In this document: one piece after another, positions 39,311 to 47,780 of the stretch
How the letters are laid out: every line of letters begins with the position of its first letter
How positions within the stretch are numbered: position 1 is the first letter of the stretch
Origin: Tannerellaceae bacterium
GTDB lineage: Bacteria; Bacteroidota; Bacteroidia; Bacteroidales; CAMTPD01
DNA: 64,000 nucleotides
Assembly (NCBI GenBank): GCA_051656605.1
Contig: JBOGCF010000057.1
Span: 307 to 64,306, forward strand
Reading direction: 5' to 3'
Notes under the pieces: generated by a model
The model's database searches: none
The model's input: the letters and a program-made list of their open reading frames with translations, nothing else
Told to the model about the DNA's origin: nothing
Program-made: the position numbers and the translations under genes

Positions 39311-39332
39311 TTGTTCGTAGATTTGCGAACAA
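39311..39332 (+). promoter_or_regulatory. arsR promoter/operator: -7 box TAGATTTG nested in the inverted repeat TTGTTCG-N8-CGAACAA
   Basis: Perfect 7-bp inverted repeat arms at 39311-39317 and 39326-39332. TAnnTTTG at 39318-39325. AAGGAG at 39337-39342, 8 nt before the ATG. Confidence 0.6.
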
Positions 39333-39350
39333 TAATAAGGAGATCGTATT

Positions 39351-39668
39351 ATGTCAACACCCCATTTGAATGATGTAGAGCAGATTGCTCGTTTTGCCAA
39401 AGCCCTGGGACATCCCATGCGCATTGCGATTCTGGAGTTTTTGCTCAAGCAAGAGAGCTGTTTTTTCGGCGAAATTCACGAAGTGCTTCCTATCGCGAAG
39501 GCTACGGTTTCGCAGCATTTAAAAGAATTGAAAGAGGCCGGATTGATACAGGGCGAGATTGAGCCGCCCAAGGTGCGCTACTGTATCAACAAGGAAAACT
39601 GGGCGGTTGCCCAACGCCTTTTCTCTGCCTTGTTTGCGATGCAATCCAAATCGACAGGCTGCTGTTGA
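39351..39668 (+). CDS. arsR: ArsR/SmtB-family metalloregulator
   Basis: 105 aa. Winged HTH ([14 protein letters not shown]...[26 protein letters not shown]). First gene of the arsR-arsC-acr3 operon. Confidence 0.9.
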   Translation: MSTPHLNDVEQIARFAKALGHPMRIAILEFLLKQESCFFGEIHEVLPIAKATVSQHLKELKEAGLIQGEIEPPKVRYCINKENWAVAQRLFSALFAMQSKSTGCC

Positions 39669-39714
39669 TTGTATGAGTTGTTTTTTTTGATTACGAACTA
39701 AATAAGCTTAAAGT

Positions 39715-40158
39715 ATGAAAGTATTGATTTTATGTACGGGCAACAGTTGCCGTAGCCAGATGGCACATGGTTTTGTACAATCGTTTGACGAGCGCCTGGA
39801 TGTGCACTCGGCAGGAACAAAAGCGGCAGGCAAACTCAACGCCGGAGCTGTGAAAGCGATGGCCGAAGTGGGTATCGATATCAGCAATCACACTTCAGAT
39901 CCGGTAGAAAAATACCTGAACGAAAAGTGGGATTATGTGATCACCGTATGTGGCGGGGCCAACGAGACGTGTCCTACCTTCGTGGGAGATGTGAAGCATC
40001 GCCTGCACATGGGCTTCGACGATCCTTCACACGTGACGGGTACTCCGGAGTATGTAGAGAGCGAATTTCGCAGAGTGCGTGACGAGATCAAGGAGCGTTT
40101 CTTTGCGTTGTATAGCAGTGAAATGAAGCCTGAATTGGATCGTGATGGAGACAAATAA
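39715..40158 (+). CDS. arsC: Arsenate reductase, LMW-PTPase (thioredoxin-coupled) type
   Basis: 147 aa. CTGNSCRS P-loop and a downstream CGGANETC cysteine pair. Confidence 0.92.
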   Translation: MKVLILCTGNSCRSQMAHGFVQSFDERLDVHSAGTKAAGKLNAGAVKAMAEVGIDISNHTSDPVEKYLNEKWDYVITVCGGANETCPTFVGDVKHRLHMGFDDPSHVTGTPEYVESEFRRVRDEIKERFFALYSSEMKPELDRDGDK

Positions 40159-41200
40159 AGAACAGGGAGGTATCGGCTTTTTTGAGCGATACCTTACCCT
40201 TTGGGTAGCCTTGTGTATTGTGGTCGGTATTGCGATAGGGCAGTATTTGTCGGCTGTTCCGGCGCTGCTGAGCAGGTTTGAATATGTCAATGTTTCGATT
40301 CCGGTGGCGATCTTGATTTGGCTGATGATTTTTCCGATGATGCTCAAGGTAGATTTCGAGAGTGTGAAAAACGTAGGTAAGCGCCCCAAAGGCATTTTGA
40401 TTACGTGTGTGACCAATTGGCTCGTGAAACCGTTTTCGATGTTTGCCATCGCTTGGTTCTTTTTCTTTGTGGTGTTTAAGGCATTTATTCCCGAAACGCT
40501 GGCGCACGAGTATCTGGCCGGAGCGGCATTGCTGGGCGCTGCACCTTGCACGGCAATGGTATTTGTATGGAGCTACCTTACGCGTGGCGATGCGGCCTAT
40601 ACGCTGGTACAGGTGGCGGTAAACGACTTGATTATTCTGGTTGCCTTTGCTCCTATTGTGGCTTTCTTGCTCAACATCGGAGGGGTGACGATTCCGTGGG
40701 ATACCCTTTTCTTGTCGGTGGTGTTGTTTGTGGTGATTCCGCTTACAGCAGGCGTTATTACGCGTGTTACGGTAATCAAGCACAAGGGGGCCGAGTATTT
40801 CAACAACGTGTTTGTGAAGAAGTTCGACAAGTTTACCATCGGCGGATTGCTACTCACGCTTGTTATTTTGTTTTCGTTTCAGGGCGAAACGATTCTGGCC
40901 AATCCGATGCACATTGTGCTGATCGCGATTCCGTTGATTATTCAGACGGTACTGATCTTCTTTGTGGCTTACGGATGGGCGCGTTATGAAAAATTGCCGC
41001 ATTCGATTGCTGCTCCTGCCGGAATGATTGGGGCGAGCAACTTCTTTGAATTGGCCGTGGCGGTAGCGATTTCATTGTTTGGCTTGCAGTCGGGCGCGGC
41101 ACTGGCTACGGTAGTGGGAGTGTTGGTCGAAGTACCGGTGATGCTGCTGTTGGTACGTGTAGCCAATAACACCCGTCGCTATTTTCCTGCCGACAAATAA
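40145..41200 (+). CDS. acr3: Arsenite efflux transporter, ACR3 family
   Basis: About 351 aa polytopic membrane protein with a conserved GAAPCTAMV segment. The ATG at 40145 overlaps the arsC stop by 14 nt. Confidence 0.92.
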   Translation: METNKEQGGIGFFERYLTLWVALCIVVGIAIGQYLSAVPALLSRFEYVNVSIPVAILIWLMIFPMMLKVDFESVKNVGKRPKGILITCVTNWLVKPFSMFAIAWFFFFVVFKAFIPETLAHEYLAGAALLGAAPCTAMVFVWSYLTRGDAAYTLVQVAVNDLIILVAFAPIVAFLLNIGGVTIPWDTLFLSVVLFVVIPLTAGVITRVTVIKHKGAEYFNNVFVKKFDKFTIGGLLLTLVILFSFQGETILANPMHIVLIAIPLIIQTVLIFFVAYGWARYEKLPHSIAAPAGMIGASNFFELAVAVAISLFGLQSGAALATVVGVLVEVPVMLLLVRVANNTRRYFPADK

Positions 41201-41225
41201 GTAAGATTCCTTTTTTTATATCATA

Positions 41226-41245
41226 AGTTCGTTGTTTTGCGAACT
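41226..41245 (+). promoter_or_regulatory. Second copy of the ars operator-like palindrome (AGTTCG-N8-CGAACT)
   Basis: GTTCGTTGTTTTGCGAAC (41227-41244) matches GTTCGTAGATTTGCGAAC (39313-39330) at 16/18. Confidence 0.45.
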
Positions 41246-41390
41246 ACAAACCAAGCTTAGTTTTCCTTAGCATGATGAATAGGAGAGAAGGTGCCGAAAG
41301 CTCCGAATCGTCTTTGTCCACCATTGTATATTCGTAGTGTAATCAAGATGATTGCGTAATAGGTACTCACTTTTATAAAATGTATTTTGT

Positions 41391-41825
41391 ATGGCACTAC
41401 GTTACAAGACTGTCTGGAAAAAAGACATGCGAAAGGATGCACAGGAAGGTGCAAAATTACTCTACGGGGCTACGGTGGTTACGGCTCAGTACTCGTTTGA
41501 CCAATTGTGTAAAGACATCACGGACAACTGTTCGGCTACGGCGAGCGACGTGCTGATGGTGGTGAGCGCAATGGTGACAATGGCCAAGAAGGCGTTGCTG
41601 CGTGGCGAAACGGTGGTGATCAACGGATTTGGCAACCTGCGCTTGCAATCGGGAAGCCGGGGTGTAGCCTCGGAAGAGGAGTTTAAAACCCATCTGATGA
41701 AGAAGCCTAAAGTGATATTCCGAGCCAGTACCTCCCTGCTCGAAGTGCGAGATCAAGTGCGCTACGAAGCACAGCAAGTTACCGAGAAGGCAGTGGAGTG
41801 TGACAGACCCCATTCGCTCGATTAA
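41391..41825 (+). CDS. HU-family (Bacteroidales HU_HIG-like) DNA-binding protein
   Basis: 144 aa. The pattern LCKDITDNCSATASDVLMVVSAMVTMAKKALLRGETVVINGFGNLRL is typical of the Bacteroidales HU-like family. Confidence 0.8.
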   Translation: MALRYKTVWKKDMRKDAQEGAKLLYGATVVTAQYSFDQLCKDITDNCSATASDVLMVVSAMVTMAKKALLRGETVVINGFGNLRLQSGSRGVASEEEFKTHLMKKPKVIFRASTSLLEVRDQVRYEAQQVTEKAVECDRPHSLD

Positions 41826-41887
41826 GGATGGCGAAGCAGGGGAAATCCGTCATTGCTGAGGTATAAATAACTGAAAAATCTACTACG

Positions 41888-41998
41888 ATGAAAAAGATTA
41901 AAACCATTCTTGAGATTTTGTGGGCTCTATTCGGATTACTGATCGGGCATTGTCCTAAAAACCCACCGGACAAATGTCCGTTGTCTGGAGGTAAATAA
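41888..41998 (+). CDS. Candidate 36-aa small peptide (MKKIKTILEILWALFGLLIGHCPKNPPDKCPLSGGK)
   Basis: Below the ORF-track cutoff. ATG start, a hydrophobic helix, then a Cys/Pro tail, followed by a good terminator. Sits directly downstream of the HU-like gene. Confidence 0.4.
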   Translation: MKKIKTILEILWALFGLLIGHCPKNPPDKCPLSGGK

Positions 41999-42016
41999 CT
42001 CTTGGTTAGCAAAAAG

Positions 42017-42052
42017 GAGTCTGTCAAAATACAATTGACGGACTCTCTTTTG
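42017..42052 (+). terminator. Rho-independent terminator after the HU-like gene and small ORF
   Basis: GAGTCTGTCAA / TTGACGGACTC stem followed by TCTTTT. Confidence 0.7.
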
Positions 42053-42248
42053 ATGGAGCTGTTTATAAATTATGATTAGCTACGTATGCCAAAGCCTCAG
42101 TAATGTTTTTACATTTGATAATCAGAATAAAAATTGGGTCTTCAGTTCGTATGGAATACAAACTGATGGAACAAACAGAACATTCTCTTTTTATAAATAG
42201 TTGCATTGTAATAAATAGTAGCGTTTTAAATCGAATTTACATGTGCTT

Positions 42249-42563
42249 ATGAAAGAATCTTTGCTTAGTTTTTTATTGTCGCTTGTCTTCCTTTCTTGTA
42301 CGCAAAGTAAAACTGCAAAACAAGAAGATGTCAAGCTGTCGAAAGATGATAGCTTAATGATTGTTTTGATGTATCCGCATCTGGATACTTTGCAAGGACT
42401 ATGGGTTATAAATATAACGAAAGAAGAGGCTGAAAAACAGGGCGTTTCTGAAAAGGTTTACTTACTATTCGAGCAAAATGTACGAGATGTTAATGCCTTT
42501 ATAGATAGTATCAGAACTCATGATCCGAATGTCTCTATCAATTACAATCTGCCTGCTAAATAA
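42249..42563 (+). CDS. Small lipoprotein, unknown function
   Basis: About 104 aa. Lipobox-like LVFLSC. I prefer the ATG at 42249 over the GTG at 42243. Confidence 0.55.
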   Translation: MKESLLSFLLSLVFLSCTQSKTAKQEDVKLSKDDSLMIVLMYPHLDTLQGLWVINITKEEAEKQGVSEKVYLLFEQNVRDVNAFIDSIRTHDPNVSINYNLPAK

Positions 42564-42595
42564 CGAAAGACAATTATAAGATTGGAAAAGAAAAT

Positions 42596-42647
42596 CCCCT
42601 TATAAAGGAACCGAGCCTATTATCTAGAGTCGGAACTTTATAAGGGG
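42596..42647 (-). terminator. Long hairpin terminator downstream of cydB
   Basis: CCCCTTATAAAG / CTTTATAAGGGG 12-bp outer stem. T-rich on the minus-strand 3' side. Confidence 0.65.
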
Positions 42648-42715
42648 GTTGATTTATGACAGGGGATCTTATTTCGGGTTTTCATTTTCCGAAGGTAAGA
42701 TGCCATGAGTCCGTA

Positions 42716-43864
42716 TTAATACGAATGTGAGCTGTTGATGTCTTCTTCGGAGGTGCCGCGAAGGTCGATGGCTCTCCAAGTATAGAAGATGTAGGCCAAT
42801 ACGATGGGGATCAATAGCGATACGTAGCTCATTACTTCGAGTGTAAACATGCTCGAACTACTGTTGTAGATGGTGAGTGAGCTTTGTAGATTGGCCGATG
42901 ATGGGTAATAGGCGGTGTTGTTGTAACCGATGTTGAGCAACAGACCTAGTACGGTGAGTACGGTTCCGGCGCCGGCAAACCAGATTCCTTTGTTGAAGGT
43001 AGAGGAGAAGATCGATTTGATAACTCCAAACAATACAAGCAATACTCCTATCAGGAAGACGATGAGTACGATCGGCATCTGAATGAAGTTGGTCAGGTAT
43101 TTGTGTGGTTCCAAGTACACCTCAGAGGTGGTAGGATTTACGGCATAGCCATCTGCAACAAGGGTTCTTACCAAGAAAGTAAGGAAGGCTACCAAGAAAA
43201 ATGCGGTGTTGTAGATGAGGCATTTGCGTGCTCTCTTTTTGATATCATCGTTGTCGACATTGTTGATGAAATAAAGTAAGGCCAATACGCGAGCCAGGAA
43301 TACGATGGCGATACCGAGTAGCAGGTTCCAGATGTTGCCCAAGGCTTCGAGGCCGTGAAGCGGACTTTGCCATGTTGAGATTACCGGCATGGTGATATCG
43401 GTGATGTTGCCTTTTTGTACTGCAAAGTCGGCTCCTGTAAAGAAGGTTCCTACGGCTACCCCTACCAATAGCGGACCAAAGAGTCCGTTGATCCATAGGA
43501 AGATGCGGTAGGTATTGGTGCCCCATACGTTTCCTTTTTTATTTTGGTATTCGTACGATACGGCTTGAATCACAAAGCAGATCAGGATGCACATCCACAG
43601 CCAGTAGGCTCCGCCGAAGCTGGTGGAGTAGAAGAGGGGAAAGGAGGCGAAGAATGCTCCCCCGAATACCACGAGTGTGGTGAAGGTGAATTCCCATTTA
43701 CGTCCGGTTGAGTTGATCAACAGGCGGTGCTCGGTTTCATTTTTACCCAATGAAAACACCAGTGTTTGACCTCCTTGCACAAACATTAGAAAGACAAGGA
43801 GTGCTCCTAGTAGTGATACAAGAAACCACCAGTAGTGCTGAAGTAATATATAACTTAATTCCAT
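42716..43864 (-). CDS. cydB: Cytochrome bd ubiquinol oxidase subunit II
   Basis: 382-aa polytopic membrane protein immediately downstream of cydA. Confidence 0.93.
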   Translation of the reverse strand: MELSYILLQHYWWFLVSLLGALLVFLMFVQGGQTLVFSLGKNETEHRLLINSTGRKWEFTFTTLVVFGGAFFASFPLFYSTSFGGAYWLWMCILICFVIQAVSYEYQNKKGNVWGTNTYRIFLWINGLFGPLLVGVAVGTFFTGADFAVQKGNITDITMPVISTWQSPLHGLEALGNIWNLLLGIAIVFLARVLALLYFINNVDNDDIKKRARKCLIYNTAFFLVAFLTFLVRTLVADGYAVNPTTSEVYLEPHKYLTNFIQMPIVLIVFLIGVLLVLFGVIKSIFSSTFNKGIWFAGAGTVLTVLGLLLNIGYNNTAYYPSSANLQSSLTIYNSSSSMFTLEVMSYVSLLIPIVLAYIFYTWRAIDLRGTSEEDINSSHSY

Positions 43865-43877
43865 GATGCGTATTTTA

Positions 43878-45437
43878 TTAGTTGTTGTCGTTTAGTTCGG
43901 GACCTTTCTTGATGGCTTTTACCATGATACCGATTTCGGCAATCAGTAGTACGGTAAACAGTATCAGGAAGATGAAGAATGTCATCTGTACAGACGAACT
44001 AGCGAGTTGTGATACAGAGGCATTGGTAGGCAGGATGTTTTGAATGGTCCATGGTTGACGACCCATTTCTGCTGTTACCCATCCGCTTTGTGAGGCAATA
44101 TACGCGATCGGTATGGTGAGAAGGCATACCCATTGGAACCATCTTACTTGTTCGATCTTGTTTTTGTGTATATAAATCAATGAGATCAAGAATACGAGGA
44201 AGAATAGTACAACCGAGTATACCATGATGTGGAACGAGTAGAATACCACCGGTATGTGCGGAATGATGTCGGTTGGTTTATCCAAGTATCCGTATCCGAA
44301 GTAGTTGTAATTGTCGCGAAGTGTGGTTAGGTATTTCTCTGCATCGGCTGTGTTGCCGGCTTCTTTGGCTGCACGATACTTTGCCAATGCGTCAATCGCG
44401 GTGCGTCCTTTCTCCATCATTTCAAGAGTAGATGGGGCAATCTTGCCATCGGGCATCGGATAACCTCCGTCGATGATGTCGATGATACCCGGCACGTAGG
44501 CTTCGGTATTGAAGGTGGCCAGGTAGGATAGCATTTTAGGTGCTTCTATCTTGAAGAAGAACGGATTGGGATTGGTATAGTTGGCGTCTTCTGCCGGATT
44601 GAGCATTCCGAGGATCATCAACGGCATACCGTTGCCTCCTTTGTAAAGCCCTTCCATGGCTGCTAGCTTCATGGGTTGTTTTTCATATACCTGTACGGCT
44701 GTTCCGTGACCTGTAAGACCGGTGATAATCACGGCAAACATACCGAATGAAGCTGCGATGCGTATGCTTTGTTTTGCGAACTCAACGTTGCGTTTCTTGA
44801 GTAGATACCAGCTGGAGATACCGATTACGAATACGGCTGCCAATACCCAAGATGAGAGTACGGTGTGGAAGAACTTGTGGATCGCTACCGGTGAGAGTGC
44901 TACTGCCCAGAAGTCGACCATTTCGTTGCGTACGGTGTCGGGGTTAAATTCCATCCCTACAGGATATTGCATCCATGCGTTGGCTACAAGAATCCAGAGT
45001 GCCGAAAGGCATGCTCCGATGGCTGTGAGCCAGGTAGAAACCAAGTGAAAGCGTTTACTTACCTTGTTCCATCCGAAAAACATGACGGCAAAGAAGGTGG
45101 ACTCGAGGAAGAAGGCCATGATGCCTTCGATGGCTAGCGGAGCTCCGAAGATGTCTCCTACAAACCAGCTATAGTTGGACCAGTTGGTTCCGAATTCGAA
45201 TTCGAGGATGATACCGGTGGCTACACCGATGGCAAAGTTGATGGCAAACAACTTCATCCAGAATTGGGTGGTTTTCTTCCAAAATTCGGAGCCTGTCTTG
45301 TAGTAGATCAGCTCCATGATTGCCATGATGAAACTTAAACCAAGTGTGAGTGGAACGAAGATCCAGTGATACATTGCCGTAAGAGCAAACTGTGCTCTTG
45401 ACCAGTCAACGAGGCTGGTTGTAATACTTTCTATCAT
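43878..45437 (-). CDS. cydA: Cytochrome bd ubiquinol oxidase subunit I
   Basis: 519 aa. LAIEGIMAFFLESTF motif and a long Q-loop region. Confidence 0.95.
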   Translation of the reverse strand: MIESITTSLVDWSRAQFALTAMYHWIFVPLTLGLSFIMAIMELIYYKTGSEFWKKTTQFWMKLFAINFAIGVATGIILEFEFGTNWSNYSWFVGDIFGAPLAIEGIMAFFLESTFFAVMFFGWNKVSKRFHLVSTWLTAIGACLSALWILVANAWMQYPVGMEFNPDTVRNEMVDFWAVALSPVAIHKFFHTVLSSWVLAAVFVIGISSWYLLKKRNVEFAKQSIRIAASFGMFAVIITGLTGHGTAVQVYEKQPMKLAAMEGLYKGGNGMPLMILGMLNPAEDANYTNPNPFFFKIEAPKMLSYLATFNTEAYVPGIIDIIDGGYPMPDGKIAPSTLEMMEKGRTAIDALAKYRAAKEAGNTADAEKYLTTLRDNYNYFGYGYLDKPTDIIPHIPVVFYSFHIMVYSVVLFFLVFLISLIYIHKNKIEQVRWFQWVCLLTIPIAYIASQSGWVTAEMGRQPWTIQNILPTNASVSQLASSSVQMTFFIFLILFTVLLIAEIGIMVKAIKKGPELNDNN

Positions 45438-45448
45438 ACGTTTAGAGA

Positions 45449-45697
45449 TTATGGGTTTATTCTTTTTATTAATTCATTTGATACGAAGTTTTGCTTGTCT
45501 TCGTCGCTCTCACACCTTTCGTTGAGGAAGTTGGGGAAAAAGAAGACCTTGAGTATGGCAAACATGATGAAGAGTTTGATGGCTATAATAAGCCATAACG
45601 TCTTGCCTACCTGCATGTTTTTAAATCCTTCGATGTAGAAGTTGACTATTCTGTGAAAATAATTCATAATTAACATTATTACTCTAGTTGTAAACAT
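45449..45697 (-). CDS. DUF4492-like small membrane protein upstream of cydAB
   Basis: About 72-82 aa (the start may be the internal Met at 45667). One TM segment. Conserved position ahead of cydA in Bacteroidota. Confidence 0.65.
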   Translation of the reverse strand: MFTTRVIMLIMNYFHRIVNFYIEGFKNMQVGKTLWLIIAIKLFIMFAILKVFFFPNFLNERCESDEDKQNFVSNELIKRINP

Positions 45698-46214
45698 CTT
45701 ATACTTTCGAAAAGTTCTGTTTGTTCATGCAAAATAATAGATGTAAAAGCCAAGTTGGAGGTTGTATTGAATCTTTACCTGCCTACTTGTTTTAGATCGG
45801 ATGTGTTTTATTGATTTGTGAACTGAGTACAGAATTATTCTAGCATACAATATTCGATAAAATTATTTATTCTTCCAAATTTAAAACGAATTCAAATGCG
45901 TGATGTTTTCAGGTAATAAGATGCAGATTCGTTTTTGTAATAAAAAAATGAGAGGGGAAATAAAAAATGGGCGGTAACATAGTTTAGTTTTCTGAGACGA
46001 CACAGAAAAGGGAAAACTATCAGAAATCAATCTCTTCTTGAAATATATGTTGGATTTTGAGTGTTAATTGTCTATGTGTACTTTGAAAAGTGTCTATTTT
46101 AATGCGCTTTTCAAGTAGAAGTTGTGTGTTATTGTAGCTTATTTATGTGAATATAATATATAATATTGACTAAAAAGTTTTTATTAATATTTTTTCTTCT
46201 TTGGTTTAGTTGCT

Positions 46215-46222
46215 TATATTTG
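46215..46222 (+). promoter_or_regulatory. -7 promoter box TATATTTG upstream of the oxidoreductase operon
   Basis: Exact TAnnTTTG 64 nt upstream of the ATG at 46287. Confidence 0.45.
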
Positions 46223-46286
46223 CAATAATCGAAGGAGCTAAATCCTTCTCACTAACAGGTGTTTGCTAACTTAAATTATAATTACT

Positions 46287-47759
46287 ATGACTAACATTTC
46301 AAGAAGATCTTTCCTTCAGAGGGGATCGGCCGCGGCATTAGGCTTAACAATTGTTCCGAATACTATTTTAGGAAAAAGCCATGGATATACGGCTCCATCA
46401 GACAAGCTAAACATTGCCGGTATTGGTATCGGTGGTATGGGTGCTGCTAATCTTCGTAACATGGAAACAGAAAATATCGTAGCTCTTTGCGATATCGACT
46501 GGAAATATGCGAAAAATACATTTGATAAATATCCGGATGCAAAACGCTACTGGGACTATCGTAAGATGTACGATGAGCTAGGTAAGTCGATCGATGCGGT
46601 AATGGTAGCTACTGCCGACCATACGCACGCGATTGTTACAGCGGATGCTATGACAATGGGCAAGCATGCCTATGTGCAAAAACCACTGACTCACTCTGTA
46701 TATGAATCTCGTTTGCTTACTAAACTTGCCGACAAGCACAAAGTGGCTACTTCGATGGGTAACCAAGGTTCTTCGGGCGAAGGGGTAAGACAAACTTGCG
46801 AATGGATCTGGAATGGTGAGATCGGTGAAATTACAAAAGTAGAAGCATTTACCGACCGTCCTATCTGGCCTCAAGGTTTGATGACTCCGAGCAAAGCGGA
46901 TAAAATTCCTTCAACATTAAACTGGGATTTGTTTACAGGTCCGGCAGAGATGAGACCGTTCAACCATATCTATCATGCTTGGAACTGGCGTGGATGGTGG
47001 CCATACGGAACAGGTGCGTTGGGAGATATGGCTTGCCACATTCTACATCCTGTATTTATGGCGTTGAATTTGAATTATCCTTCAAAGGTACAAGGCTCTT
47101 CTACGTTGTTGCTTCGCGACTGTGCTCCTCAGGCTCAGATGGTGAAATTGACATTCCCTGCTCGTGACAACATGCCGAAGGTTTCGATGCCGGAAGTAGA
47201 AGTGACATGGTATGATGGTGGTTTGAAACCAAACCGTCCTGCAGGTATGCCAGAGGGTAAAGATATGAACGATCAAGGTGGTGGTGTAATCTTCCACGGA
47301 ACAAAAGATACGTTGATTTGTGGTTGCTACGGTGTGAATCCATGGTTGTTGTCGGGTCGTAAACCTGAAACTCCAAAAACACTTCGTCGTGTAGAAACAA
47401 GCCACGAACAAGACTGGATCAGAGCTTGTAAAGAGAGTCCTGAAAACCGTGTAGAAACGGCTTCTCCATTCAGTCAAGCAGGTCCGTTCAACGAAATGGT
47501 AGTGATGGGTGTATTGGCAGTTCGTCTTCAAAACCTAAACAAAGAGCTTCTTTGGGATGGCGAAAACATGAGGTTTACCAACATCTCTCCAAACGAACAG
47601 TTGAGCATTGTAATTGAAGATGGCTTTACAATCAAAGATGGTCACCCTTCATTTAATAAAACAATGACAGATCCAATCAATGCGCAAGCATTTGCACAGG
47701 AGCTGATCAAGCATAACTACCGTCAAGGCTGGAACTTGCCGGATATGCCTAGAGGTTGA
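46287..47759 (+). CDS. Tat-exported Gfo/Idh/MocA-family oxidoreductase
   Basis: 490 aa. Twin-arginine signal SRRSFLQRGSAAALG and Rossmann motif GIGIGGMG. Confidence 0.88.
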   Translation: MTNISRRSFLQRGSAAALGLTIVPNTILGKSHGYTAPSDKLNIAGIGIGGMGAANLRNMETENIVALCDIDWKYAKNTFDKYPDAKRYWDYRKMYDELGKSIDAVMVATADHTHAIVTADAMTMGKHAYVQKPLTHSVYESRLLTKLADKHKVATSMGNQGSSGEGVRQTCEWIWNGEIGEITKVEAFTDRPIWPQGLMTPSKADKIPSTLNWDLFTGPAEMRPFNHIYHAWNWRGWWPYGTGALGDMACHILHPVFMALNLNYPSKVQGSSTLLLRDCAPQAQMVKLTFPARDNMPKVSMPEVEVTWYDGGLKPNRPAGMPEGKDMNDQGGGVIFHGTKDTLICGCYGVNPWLLSGRKPETPKTLRRVETSHEQDWIRACKESPENRVETASPFSQAGPFNEMVVMGVLAVRLQNLNKELLWDGENMRFTNISPNEQLSIVIEDGFTIKDGHPSFNKTMTDPINAQAFAQELIKHNYRQGWNLPDMPRG

Positions 47760-47780
47760 TTTTAGAAATAATATATTACG

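Larger units (their letters stand above)
35560..42052. mobile_element. GC-rich horizontally acquired island (replication module plus ars cargo). No integrase seen and boundaries are approximate.
   Basis: G+C visibly rises relative to the flanks. This is the main part of the window where long spurious ORFs accumulate on both strands. Gene content is typical of Bacteroidales integrated elements. Confidence 0.55.

Noticed and set aside
39161-39373. 70-aa ORF upstream of arsR
   Set aside because: It is generated by the tandem T-run units and runs across the arsR promoter and start. It has no protein-like features.
40027-40989. Long ORFs overlapping arsC/acr3 (40088-40783 -, 40027-40551 -, 40546-40989 +)
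   Set aside because: The composition is junk-like and they are antisense or out of frame to a clear ACR3 transporter. They are an artefact of high GC.
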